From: the human T2T-CHM13v2.0 reference genome, Homo sapiens
Direction of reading: 5' to 3'
Assembly: GCA_009914755.4 (NCBI GenBank)
Contig: CP086569.2
Location: 1,824,001-1,888,000 of the forward strand
DNA length: 64,000 nucleotides
Under the pieces are notes generated by a model, which had not been told where the DNA came from, made no database searches, and saw only the letters and a program-made list of their open reading frames with translations. Position numbers and translations under genes: made by a program. Shown here in pieces: positions 38,165 to 50,976 of the stretch. Positions within the stretch are counted from its first letter, which is position 1. Each line of letters begins with the position of its first letter.

Positions 38165-38630
38165 TGTCAGGCCTCTGAGCTGAAGCTCAGCCATTATCAC
38201 TCCTGTGACCTGCACATATACATCCAGGTGGCCTGCAGGAGCCAAGAATTCTGGAGCAGCCAAAGAAAAAAACTACAAAGAAGTAAAACAGCCAGTTCCT
38301 GCCTTAACTGATTAACTAAAATTACAATATTTTACTATTGTGACTTGTCCCTGCCCCAGTTTAGCTGATCAATCAACTCTGTGACATTCTTCTTCTGGAC
38401 AATCAGTCTTATGATCTCTCCACCATGCACCTTGTAACCCCCTCTTCTGCTGACGATAGATAACCACCTTTTGCTGTAATTTTCCATTACCTACCCAGCT
38501 CCTGTAAAGCCACACCTTCCCCATCTCCCTTCGCTGACTCTCTTTTCGGACTCAGCCCACTTGCACCCAAGTGAATACACAGCTTTATTGCTCACACAAA
38601 GCCTGTTTGGTGGTCCCTTCACGGACGCGC
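38165..38630 (+). mobile_element. LTR7-like LTR (HERV-H family), sense; no recognisable HERV-H primer-binding site follows, so probably solo or degraded
   Basis: The start tgtcaggcctctgagctgaagctcagccattatcactcctgtgacctgcacatatacatccaggtggcctg and the end ...ctcccttcgctgactctcttttcggactcagcccacttgcacccaagtgaatacacagctttattgctcacacaaagcctgtttggtggtcccttcacggacgcgcgtga closely match the HERV-H LTR termini as I remember them. The middle is diverged. Confidence 0.6.
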
Positions 38631-39574
38631 GTGACACTTATCCAGCGGTACTTCCTGCAGAACCCTGACCTTTTACAAAAATCCACCAATTCAAAATGTA
38701 TTGTGTGGATGGCTTCAGGATGGAAGCAGTCTCCACTCCTAAGCTTTGGGGGAGGAAGGGCTGAAAGTGATCGCTTAAGCCCCCTCTACCCCATCCAGCT
38801 TTCCCTTATAAATGAGATCCTATGCAGAGTTGGATAAGCTGTTACAGATCCACGGGTGCACACGCCTTTACCTGGAGCTATTGCATGTAAATTGTAAGGT
38901 TTTATTTAATTTTACAGGAAGGCCCTTCTTTTTCCTTTGCTTTCTTTTCTTTTTGTTTTGTTTTGTTTTTCTCTCTAGCTTATCATTCATACTGACAGAT
39001 CCTGATATCTACAGTGACTTGGGGAATTTTCAAAGGACAGCGCTAAAACCTCTGCTTGGGAGGCAGGTCGGGGTGTCAGTGACTAATGTGGTTTGCAAGC
39101 AAACGCCTGGAGGGGCAGGGCTCTGACTGCAGTCTCCGTGTCTGTGCCCTTGGACAGAGGCTCAACCCCCGCGTCCGGGACTTTGAAGTTAGAAATGATA
39201 TGTCCGTGTGAAAGTCGCTAAATTAATTTCCGAGGGACCGGCAAACACTGCGGGGCAGCTGATATGAAATTGGAAGGGATTTGAAATGGAAATCCAAGAA
39301 GGAGAGCCGCGGGGGGAGTGGGGATGGAGGAGGGGAGAGGAATCATCACAGCAAGGGAGGGAAAGAGAGGAGCAGGAAAATGCAGAGGCGGGGCGCAGCT
39401 GATTTTCACCAACAGACTGTTTTGCGAGCTCTCCTTCCATGCAAGGAGATCTTGTGTGTTTGTGTCCTGATAGACTTCAGTGCTGGACCATATTAAGGAC
39501 AAGGAGAAACTCAGGCCATAGTAAGAAATGTCCGGCGTCTGGGGCAATTTCTTCTAAACTGGATGAGCCCATTT

Positions 39575-39645
39575 GGAGGACTGCTTGGGCCCAGGAGTTT
39601 GAGACCAGCCTGGGCAATACAGCAAGACCCTGTATCTACAAAACG
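39575..39645 (+). mobile_element. short Alu-derived fragment
   Basis: ggaggactgcttgggcccaggagtttgagaccagcctgggcaatacagcaagaccctgtatctacaaaa. Confidence 0.6.
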
Positions 39646-39870
39646 GAGCCTCTTAAACGTGCATTACAGCCACCTGGACAGGGTGGGATTTGGGAGGCAG
39701 GTGCACGTCCAGTGACTGCTGTGACAAATGCCCACAGCACTAAACTGCTTTAGGTGACTTCAAGCAACACCAATAGATGATCTTGCAGTCCTAGAGGTCA
39801 GAACTCCGAAATGGGTCTCCCGGGGTAAAATCCAGGTGTTGGCATGGCTGGTTCCTTCTGGAGCCTGTAA

Positions 39871-40217
<347 letters not shown>

Positions 40218-40664
40218 GTAATTTTTATTAATAATGGTTTTGAGCATCCAATGTCCCATTTGGTTATAGATAGAGGAATGGCAGAGTATGAATAGGGTGA
40301 TGTGGTTACTCTGTTGAAAACGCTAAGAACCACCTTTCTGGGAATTGTGGAGGGTAGGTAATTGCAACTGTCTTCTATCTTCTAGGTGCTATGTCTGTGG
40401 ACACACCCTAGGATATATTTTCTTCTCTGTCTTTCCAATCGAGTCCACATAAACACAAGGCAAGAATCTTAGATGGGAAAATAAGGAAAAAGCAACCAGT
40501 GACCTGAGGCAGGGGTAAAGAAAGGAGAGCGACTTCCTTGGAGTTGGCGTTCATTTTGCAGAGTAAAAGCAGTGTGCAATTTTTCTAAGCACTCGTGGGT
40601 CCAAACACCATCTCCTTCTTTCCAAAAGGAATATCTTCCCATCCACAGGAAGGCAAGAAAAAGG

Positions 40665-40872
40665 AGTGGACCATTGTTTCAGGTAAAAACTTGGCTGCAT
40701 GTTTTGAGAAGTGTCTGTTCCTATCCTTTGCCCATTTTTTGATGGGGTTGTTTATTTTTTGTTGTTGTTGTAAATTTATTTAAGTTCCTTGTAGATTCTG
40801 GATATTACACCTTTGTCAGGTGGATAGGTTGCAAAAATTTTCTCCCATTCTGTAGGTTGCCTGTGCGGCCAA
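40665..40872 (-). mobile_element. inverted 5' segment of the adjacent L1 (twin-priming-type 5' inversion)
   Basis: gagaagtgtctgttcctatcctttgcccattttttgatggggttgtttattttttgttgttgttgtaaatttatttaagttccttgtagattctggatattacacctttgtcaggtggataggttgcaaaaattttctcccattctgtaggttgcctg is the reverse complement of the L1 ORF2 segment that lies just upstream of where the sense part begins. Confidence 0.8.
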
Positions 40873-41672
40873 CAAACATATGAAAAAAAAAGCTAATCAT
40901 CGCTGGTTATTAGAGAAATGCAAATCAAAACCACAATGAGATACCATCTCAGGCCCGTTAGAATGGCAATTATTAAAAAATCAGGAAAAAACACATGCTG
41001 GCAAGGCTGTAGAGAAATAGGAACGCTTTTACACTGTTGCTGGACATGTAAATTAGTTCAACCATTGTGGAAGACAGTGTGGCGATTCCTCAAGGATCTA
41101 GAACCAGAAATACTATTTGACGCAGCAATCCCATTACTGTGTATATACCCAAAGGATTATAAATCATTTTACTATAAAAACGCATGCACACATATGTTTA
41201 CTGCAGCACTATTCACAATAGCAAAGACTTGGAACCAACCCAAATGCCCATCAATGATAGACTGAATAAAGAAAATGTGGCACATAGACACCATGGAATA
41301 CTATGCAGTCATAAAAAAGGATGAGTTCATGTCCTTTGCAGGGACATGGATGAAACTGGAAACCATCATTCTCAGCAAACTAACACAAGAACAGAAAACC
41401 AAACACCTCATGTTCTCACTCATAAATGGGAGTTGAACAACGAGAACACATGGACGCAAGGAGGGGAACATCACACACCGGGGCCTGCTGGGGGTTGGGG
41501 GGCAAGGGGAGCGAGAGCATTAGAACAAATGCCTAATGCATGCAGGGCTTAAAACCTAGATGACGGATTGATGGGTACAGCAAATCACCATGGCACATGT
41601 ATAGCTATGCAACAAACCTCCACGTTCTGCACATGTATCCCAGAACTTAAAGTAAAAAAAAAACAAAAAAAA
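40873..41672 (+). mobile_element. L1 (L1PA-like) 3' end, sense (C-terminal part of ORF2, 3'UTR, poly-A)
   Basis: ...catatgaaaaaaaaagctaatcatcgctggttattagagaaatgcaaatcaaaaccacaatgagataccatctc.... The ORF-track peptide [65 protein letters not shown]...[17 protein letters not shown] matches the ORF2p C-terminus. It ends ...gcacatgtatcccagaacttaaagt(a)n. Confidence 0.9.
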
Positions 41673-41689
41673 CTTAACTGCATCTCGAA

Positions 41690-41990
41690 TGCATATTACG
41701 AAGTGAAAGAAGCCACTTTCCAAGGGGTACTTACTGCATGAAGGCACGTATATGACTTTGTGGACCCGGCAAATACAGAGACAAAAAACAGACCAGTGCT
41801 TGCCAGAGGTTAGGGCTGAGGATTGGGGTTGCCTGTGGATGGGCAAGGTGAGGGAATTCTCTGCAGTCATGGACTTGTTCTGAATCCTGATGGGGTCTTG
41901 GGTACCTGAATGCATACATGTATTAAAACGTATGACTGTGCACCAAACAACAGAGAATGGCATACTGAAAGAGTGCAGGCTTGTGTTGTA
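41690..41990 (+). mobile_element. ancient L1 (L1M-like) 3'-terminal fragment
   Basis: aagtgaaagaagccactttccaagg...cagaccagtgcttgccagaggttagggctgaggattggggttgcctgtggatgggcaaggtgagggaattctctgcagtcatgg resembles L1M (gctaagtgaaagaagccagacac...gattagtggttgccaggggctggggg...). Confidence 0.6.
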
Positions 41991-42084
41991 GCACAAGACA
42001 AGGGCTTGCAATTACCTGCCCTCTGCCAGTCCCAGGAAGGTTGTTCTTGGCGTTTCAACAGAGTAACCACATCAACCTTAAAAG

Positions 42085-42455
42085 GTTGAAGATGGGATTC
42101 CCACAGGATCCAGCAAATGCACTTCTGGGTCTATGCACCCGCTCCCTCAAATTGGGACTTGAACCAATATTCGCACACCTGTGTTCATAGCAGTGTTACT
42201 CACCATAGCCCCAACGTGGAAGGCCTCCCCAAGTGGTCACTGGCAGATAAATAGGTAAGCAAAATGTGGTCTGTCTATACGGTGGAATATTATTCAGCCT
42301 TCAAAAAGGACAGAAGCTCTGATCAAGCATTGACAAACCATGAGGACATTACGCTGAGTAAAAGAAACCAGTCCTAAAAAGGAAAAATACTCTATGATAC
42401 CGCTTGAATGAGGTCCTCAGAGTCGTCACATTGGGACCAAAAGAAAGAAAGTCGA
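42085..42455 (+). mobile_element. ancient L1 (L1M-like) fragment from more 5' in the element than 41690-41990, so out of order relative to it
   Basis: ccagcaaatgcacttctgggtctatgcacc...cacctgtgttcatagcagtgttactcaccatagccccaacgtggaag...ggcagataaataggtaagcaaaatgtggtctgtctatacggtggaatattattcagccttcaaaaaggacagaagctctgatcaagcattgacaaaccatgaggacattacgctgagtaaaagaaaccagtc. Confidence 0.65.
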
Positions 42456-42458
42456 ATG

Positions 42459-42762
<304 letters not shown>

Positions 42763-43614
42763 TTATCATAATTCATTTTTTAATTAAAAATACACCTGCA
42801 TTCAAAACGTGCTACTTGAGAGAGAGCATACAAAGTCAGCCTTAGGGTTAGGAACTAAATATTGGAAGTGCTGTCTGCATTTCTTTATATGTCATGGTTT
42901 TAAAAGGTTTATCTATGTGTGGTGCAGCATCAGGGGCATCCATGATGGGCACGTATAACATCTGCACACCTGCAGATGTGCACTGGGGTACAGGCTAGAA
43001 TGCTTTGCTCACAAAGGTGTGCACCAAACCTGGGAGCCTGCAGGTGTGGCCAGCACCCCACACCTAACTCTCACCAACTGGTCCAGAATCTAGCTGAGAA
43101 TCTAGCTGAATCTAGCAGAATCTAGCTCCAGAATTGAGCTGAAAGTGCTGCCGAAATGTTTTGATTGGAGAAAGGCCAGGCATGTAATTGTCACTGGGTG
43201 CTTGACAAAGGCCAGCCCTGATGTCTTCCATCCCCAAGTCACTTTCCCCAGAGTAGGTATGGAATTGGCTCTATGCAGATGTGGGAACTGCTTCTTACAG
43301 AGGGATGGTGGATCCCGGCCAGCATGGATGCTAGCAGGTGGAGGCCGGTGGGATGTTCACACGCACCAGCTTCTCCTCTACGCCTCTGCATCCCAGACCC
43401 TGGGAGATACCCAGATTCCTGCCCCTCCGCACTTGGACAGGGAGAAACCTCTCCTTTGAAGATGAAGCAGTGGTGCTCAGGGGCTGCTGTGGATCTCAGG
43501 GGTGTTTTCTTTGTTCTTGTTTTGGTCTGGAAGAGAGTGATAACTCACTTGGAATTTTAATGTGTTCTGTAGTTATGCAAGTCTAAAATCTTGCGCATAT
43601 AGTTTTAAATGTCT

Positions 43615-43846
43615 GTCACGGTTGGTTCTTCAAAGGGAGTGATTCGGACCTCCCAGGGCTTATCTGGAAATGTCTGCAGACATTTTCAGTTGTCACAAGG
43701 GAGGTGGAGGAGATAGGTGCTCCTGGCCCCTGATGGGTGGAGCTCGGGGACGCTGCTCAACACCCAACCGTGCACAGGATGGACGGCCCCACCACAAAGA
43801 GTCATGCACCACCAAATATTGGCAGCACTGAGGCTGAAAAAGACTG
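43615..43846 (+). mobile_element. MITE-like MER-type repeat, copy 3
   Basis: gtcacggttggttcttcaaagggagtgattcggacctcccagggcttatctggaaatgtctgcagacattttcagttgtcacaagggaggtggagg...gctgctcaacacccaaccgtgcacaggatggacggccccaccacaaagagtcatgcaccaccaaatattggcagcactgaggctgaaaaagactg. Confidence 0.6.
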
Positions 43847-43924
43847 TTAGCATGACTGACCCTCTCTCTCACATTGCTCCTTCTCTCTTCTCCCTTTTCC
43901 CCTCCTTCCTTCCTTCACCCATCT

Positions 43925-44745
43925 CTCTGTGTATCAATCTATAGCTCTCTTTCCCTTAACCTCTCTCTAATCAATCTATCTACCCATCCATCTATCATCT
44001 ATCTAGTCCATCCATCCATGCATCCATCATGTATCTGTCTATCCATCCATCCATCCATCATCTATCAATCCATCCGTCTATCATCTATGTATCTAGTCTG
44101 TTTATCATCTATCTATCATCTATCTATCTACACATCTATCTATCACGTACCCATCTGTGCCTCTGTATCCGACACCAAGAGAGATGCCCAGCTTCCCGCC
44201 TGTTGGCACTCAATGATAGAGAGGACAGGCTGGGAAACCTCTGTCTTCTATCTATTACCTAGGTATCTGTGTATCTATCCATCCATCCACCCACCCACCC
44301 ACCCACCCACCCACCCATCCATCCATCCATCCACCCACCCACCCACCTATCTATCCACCTATTTATCTACTCTATGTATTTATCTATCTATCTTGCTATC
44401 ATCTATCTATTTATCTATCCAGGTATCCATCAATCTATCCATCGATCTATCCATCCATCTATATAATCTGTCTATCTATCTACTCTGTATTTATTTATGT
44501 AGCTAGCTGTCATCTATCTATTTATCTATCTCCCTATCTATATCTATTTATCCACTTACTTACCCATCCATCCATCCATTTCTCTATCATGTATCTATCT
44601 ATCCATCCATCATCTGTCTACCTACCTATCTACACATCCATCTGTCTCTAATCCATCTATCATCTATCTTCCTGCCTATCTACCCATCCTTCTATTTATC
44701 TATTATCTATCTATCTATCTATCATCTATCTCTAATCCATCTATC
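43925..44745. repeat. long (TATC)n/(CCAT)n/(CCAC)n compound microsatellite, about 0.8 kb
   Basis: ctatctacccatccatctatcatctatctagtccatccatccatgcatcc...ccatccatccacccacccacccacccacccacccatccatccatcc...ctatctatctatctatcatctatc. Confidence 0.9.
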
Positions 44746-44751
44746 ATCTAT

Positions 44752-44958
44752 GGCAGTGGTTTGCAACCAGGCACAACTGTACTTCCCACAGGACCCTTGC
44801 TGATGTCTGGAGATGTATTTGGTCATCTTGACTCCGGGGTGGAGGGTGTGCTTCTGGCATCTCCTGGGTAGAGGCCACCAGGGATGTTGGTAAATGCCCT
44901 GTAGTGCACAGGATGGCCCCGCCATAGGTAATCATCCAGCCCCAAACACCAGCACTCC
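44752..44958 (+). mobile_element. MITE-like MER-type repeat, copy 4, whose 5' TIR abuts the microsatellite
   Basis: ggcagtggtttgcaaccaggcacaactgtacttcccacaggacccttgctgatgtctggagatgtatttggtcatcttgactccggggtggagggtgtgcttctggcatctcctgggtagaggccaccagggatgttggtaaatgccctgtagtgcacaggatggccccgccataggtaatcatccagccccaaacaccagcactccccagatggcagatactttgag. Confidence 0.65.
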
Positions 44959-45875
44959 CCAGATGGCAGATACTTTGAGTAGCCAATCATGTCATCCCAC
45001 AAACGTTACACATTTTTACACATTCATGAAAGGAATTTGTGAAAAAGCCGAGGTCTAGGTGCCTGTCCACTTGCTGCTGTTTACTGCTCCGTCCTGGCCT
45101 CCGGCGAGTAGTTTATACACTCTCTGAAATGCATCCATTCCTTTGATATATTAATGCTTCATTCACCCCTTTCCAAGCAGAAAGCTGCCGTTAGTCCTGC
45201 CTGGTGACTCTTTCTGTCACTTCTTCAGGGGAATTATTCTGCATATATAACTTAACCGTGAGCCGTCTGTCCTAGCACCTAAGGCATATTCTGTAAGCAA
45301 TCCTTGTACCGTTGGCAGCTGCCTGAGTGCTGTCAATCATCCGGGACACTTCTACGACTTCCTCCAGCCACAGGAAGGGCGCACCACAATTTATGCCGCC
45401 TCCTTGGAGGCCCTGAATTCTAAAACATCGAATGCTATATTTTTTACCCTGCTTTGCCACTTATAAAAATTTCCACGGCTAGAATTTCAAAGACTTGCAG
45501 AAATTGAAGAAACCGAATTGGATCAATTCATTTCCATTTTTTTGAAGGTTGCTAGGAACACTTCACCAACTCCTTCTCCCTTATCCTTTAGAAAGAGGGT
45601 GCTGGAGCTTTCAACGAAGCAGGACTTTTGCTAGAAATGAGCTTTAAAATCTGCTTGCCTGGGTCACGATACCTGAAGGTCAAAGAAGAAAGTGAAGCCA
45701 CATGAAAGTCATTTATATTCCAATCTGTGGTCTGGGTTACTTTAAGACCAACCCAGGAGATGGGGGAAGGAGGCTTGGCTCTCAACCAGGAAAAATTGTG
45801 AGATTATATTGCCTAGATGTTACATGTTTATACATTGAGAAGGGTAAAAAGCAGCATCGTAGGAAGACAGGCTAA

Positions 45876-46197
<322 letters not shown>

Positions 46198-46375
46198 TAT
46201 AGCTATCTTTTTCTTTCTGGGGCATTGACTTGACATGGAAATTAACTGTTTGACAGGAGTCTTCCACAACTTAATGTCTAAAGGTCAAGATATGATTCTG
46301 TGGAGTATGTCTCAAAAGCCCTGTCCGAGGTACCCAGTATTGGAACATTCCGGATGAAAATACAGTCATGTGTCA

Positions 46376-46686
<311 letters not shown>

Positions 46687-46952
46687 ATGTGTTGCTTAAC
46701 GATGGGGATACATTCTGGGAAATGTGTGATCGGGGGATTTCATCGCTGTGCAAAAATTGTAGAGCACACTCGCACAAACCTAGGTGGTATAGCCTACCAC
46801 ACACCTAGGCTGTGTGGTACTGCTCATTGCCCTTAGACTGCAAACCAAATTCCAGTGTAAACCAAAAATAAAACTCTAAGCCCCAGCCATCTCAACGGAC
46901 CCTTCCTCTCAGTTAATGGCATTCCAAAGTTAAGCTGAAAAACTAGTTCAGA

Positions 46953-47249
46953 GGCCGGGCCCAGGGGCTCACGCCTGTAATCCCAGCACTTCAGGAGGCT
47001 GAGGCGGGTGGATCATGAGGTCAGGAGTTCAAGACCAACCTGGCCAACATGGTGAAACCTCGTCTCTACTAAAAATACAAAAATATTAGTCAGGCGTGGT
47101 GGTGGATGCCTGTAATCCCAGCTACTTGGGAGGCTGAGGCAGAAAATTGCTGGAACCCGGGAGTGGAGGTTGCAGTGAGCTGAGATTGCTCCATTGCACT
47201 CCAGCCTGGGTGACAGAGCGTGACTCTGTCTCAAACAAACAAACAAACA
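46953..47249 (+). mobile_element. Alu SINE, sense, (CAAA)n tail; TSD aactagttcag
   Basis: ggccgggcccaggggctcacgcctgtaatcccagc...gagcgtgactctgtctcaaacaaacaaacaaacaa. The 11-bp repeat is at 46941-46951 and 47249-47259. Confidence 0.95.
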
Positions 47250-47388
47250 ACTAGTTCAGGCCATGATGGAAGTGTGGGTTGGACATGTCTCCTAATACCC
47301 TCCTCCTCTGTGGAATTCAGGAAAAGGCGAGCAGTATTCACATCAACATAGACGTTAATTCTGGTGAGAAATGTTGATAATCTATTGA

Positions 47389-47706
<318 letters not shown>

Positions 47707-47900
47707 TAGTAGAAAATGTTTAAATCTACCTATGACCTGGAAGGAACCAACGTACATCCTACATGTATTGACTGATGTCTCATTAAAAGGTATAAAACCA
47801 AGCTGTGCCCAACCACCTTGGACACGTGTCATCAAGACCTGCAGTGTCTGTGTGACAGGTGCATCCTTAACCTTGGCAAAAGCAATGTTCTCAATTTTGA

Positions 47901-48308
<408 letters not shown>

Positions 48309-49083
48309 TCAACAGTAATAATAAAATAGAAAAATGATAACTGTATGCCAGCATCACTACTCTTGTGCATTGGATCCATTATGAAGTAATGTGAGGGTTA
48401 CTTGAACGTAAACACTACAATACGGCCACTGTTGATTTGGGTGGTGTGGGTAGTGCAGACAGCGTGGAGGGGCTGGCAAAGCGATGATTCAGGTTCCAGG
48501 CAGGATATAGTGGGACAGGGCTGTTTGACCTCACTATTGGGAATGATGTGCAATTTAAAACTTATACATTATTTACTTCTGGAATTTCCCACTTAATATT
48601 TTCAGACCACAGTTGACTTTGGGTAACCGAAACCGGGAAAAGCAAACGTGCAGGTAAGGGGGGGATGACCTTAGGCACTTTTGGGTTCACAACAGCATAT
48701 GACTGTACTGAATGCTGTAGGTAACTGTAACACAATGGTAAATATTTGTGTATTTAATCGTATCTAAACGTAGAAAAGGCACAGTAAAAATACAATATGA
48801 TAGTCTTATGTAATCTTATCTTAATCTTATGTCATGTTACCTTATGTCATCTTAACACACTGCATATGCTAATATGCAGTCCAGTAGGCCATTCTTGCAT
48901 TGCTCTAAAGAAATATCTGAGGCGGGGTAATTGATGGGGTGGACAACCATACTGTCCTGTGGTCTAGTGGGCGGGGACCTGGGGGCCATCAGTGGCTGTA
49001 GGACTTTTTTACCCCTCTGTTTCCTGGCCTAAATATGTGATGGGTATGCTTCACCTTAAGTGGTAAGAGGTTTGATTTTTGTT

Positions 49084-49527
<444 letters not shown>

Positions 49528-50062
49528 CTAATTTTTGTGTTTTTAGTAGAGATGGGGGTTTCATCATGTTGGCCAGGCTGGTCTCAAACTCCTGACCTCA
49601 AGATCCACCCACCTTGGCCTCCCAAAGTGCTGGGATTACAGGCATAAGCCACTGCGCCTGGCCTAATTTTTGTATTTTTAGTAGAGATGGTGTTTCACCA
49701 TGTTGGCCAGGCTGGTCTTAAACTCTTGACCTCGTGATCTGCCCACCTCGGCCTCCCAAAGTGCTGGGATTACAGGCGTGCACCACCATGCCTGGCTAAT
49801 TTTTTGTATTTTTAGTAGAGGCGGGGTTTCACCATGTTGGCCAGGCTGGTCTTGAACTCCTGACCTCGTGATCCGCCTGCCTCGGCCTCCCAAAGTGCTG
49901 GGATTACAGGTGTGCACCACCACGCCTGGCTAATTTTTTGTATTTTTAGTAGAGACGGGGTTTCACCATGTTGGCCAGGCTGGTCTTGAACTCCTGACCT
50001 CGTGATCTGCCTGCCTCAGCCTCCCAAGCTGGGATGACAGGCGTGAGCCACCGCGCCCGGCC
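49528..50062 (-). repeat. four additional tandem copies of the Alu left monomer (about 134 bp each), giving a five-copy Alu-monomer tandem array with the preceding Alu
   Basis: Each unit reads taatttttgt(a/g)tttttagtagag...gtttcaccatgttggccaggctggtct.aaactc.tgacctc..gatc..cc..cct.ggcctcccaa.gtgctgggat.acaggc.t.agccac.gcgcc.ggcc. Unit ends are at about 49663, 49796, 49930 and 50062. Confidence 0.9.
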
Positions 50063-50235
50063 AGTGGAGAGGTTTAAATGAAATGGTGCTGGAAATATCC
50101 TGGCATAAAATAAGGGCGTCATGGGTAGAAGCAAAGCCTTCTTGAAAACAGAAACCATATCTGCATTGATTATTTTCAAGGAGACTGAACCAAAAAATAA
50201 CTCAGCTTGAGGACTGGCCCGTCTCTGTGACAGCC

Positions 50236-50600
50236 TGGCCGTCGTAACTCATGCCTCAATCCCTGGCACACACCGGTAAGCCCAGTGCTTTCGGAGGCCA
50301 AAGCAAGAGGATGGCTTGAGTTCGGGAGTTTGCAACCAGCCTGGGCAACACAGTGAGATCCCCATCTCTGCTAAAAATAAACATTAAAAAATGTTTTTAT
50401 GTTTTGAGATAGGGTGTGGTGGTGTGCACCTGTAGATGTAGTGAGATCTCCGTCTCTGCTAAAAATAAACATTAAAGTTTTATGTTTGAGATAGGGTGTG
50501 GTGGTGTGCACCTGTAGATGTAGTGAGATCCCCATCTCTGCTAAAAATAAACTTTAAAAAATGTTTTTATGTTTTGAGATAGTGTGTGGTGATGTGCACC
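50236..50600 (+). repeat. old Alu-like fragment whose middle segment (with a 30-bp insert) is tandemly triplicated; unit about 82-88 bp, 50352-50600
   Basis: agtgagatccccatctctgctaaaaataaacattaaaaaatgtttttatgttttgagatagggtgtggtggtgtgcacctgtagatgt occurs three times, starting at about 50352, 50440 and 50522. Confidence 0.85.
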
Positions 50601-50603
50601 TTC

Positions 50604-50976
50604 AGAATCAAAGAGTATCTTCCAGGGTCTTCCCTCCCCTGAAGGTTAATTCGTAGGCAGACGAATCAGGTATTGATCCCTGTCCTTGGAATAATCACGA
50701 TGATGTTCAGGATTCATGAGGATTCATAGAACCAAAGAGCCTCTTCCAGGGTCATCCCTCTCCTGAAGGTTAATCCATAGACAGATGAATCAGGTATTGA
50801 TCCCTGTTCTTGGAATAATCTAGAGGATCTTTGCAATTCATTAGGATTCATAGAACCAAAGATCCCCTTCCAGGATGGTCCTTCTCCTGAAGGTTAATCC
50901 ATAGGCAGATGAATCGGATATTGATTCCTGTTCTTGGAATAATCTAGAGGATCTTTAGAATCCATTGGGATTCATA
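50604..50976. repeat. tandem repeat of about 124 bp x 3 (50604-50728, 50729-50852, 50853-50976), not Alu- or L1-derived; family unknown to me
   Basis: Unit gaaccaaagagcctcttccagggtcatccctctcctgaaggttaatccatagacagatgaatcaggtattgatccctgttcttggaataatctagaggatctttgcaattcattaggattcata. The copies are about 85-90% identical. Confidence 0.9.

Noticed and set aside
36131-38311. 726-aa ORF (with overlapping 606, 350, 218 and 187 aa ORFs) with a perfectly periodic 41-aa sequence
   Set aside because: It lies entirely within the 41-bp minisatellite. The unit has no stop trinucleotide on the plus strand in any frame and carries an ATG (caATGgaagg), so long ORFs in all three frames are automatic. Nothing else supports a coding reading: I see no flanking exon structure or promoter, and the Trp/Gly/Pro/His-rich repeat composition does not look like a coding sequence. 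I classify it as a repeat, not a CDS.
38165-38630. Assignment of this LTR to HERV9/LTR12, whose U3 is known to contain tandem repeats of about 41 bp that could explain the adjacent array
   Set aside because: The LTR termini match the HERV-H (LTR7-type) start and end as I recall them, not LTR12. The 41-bp unit lacks the GATA/CCAAT/CCACC motifs described for ERV-9 U3 repeats, and it lies outside the LTR, 5' of its TG start. I therefore call it juxtaposition, not an LTR12 enhancer array, pending a database check.
40918-41265. 115-aa ORF with similarity to a reverse-transcriptase C-terminal domain
   Set aside because: It is the C-terminus of L1 ORF2p within a 5'-truncated and inverted L1 copy. 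It is not an intact or independent gene.
48600-49080. Possible DNA-transposon or LTR fragment (ctgtaggtaactgtaacacaatggtaaatatttgtgtatttaatcgtatctaaacgtagaaaaggcacagtaaaaatacaatatgatag...gccattcttgcattgctctaaagaaatatctgaggc) containing the small palindrome ctgcatatgctaatatgcag
   Set aside because: I partly recognise motifs of a known human repeat, but I cannot assign family or boundaries from memory. It is left unannotated rather than guessed.
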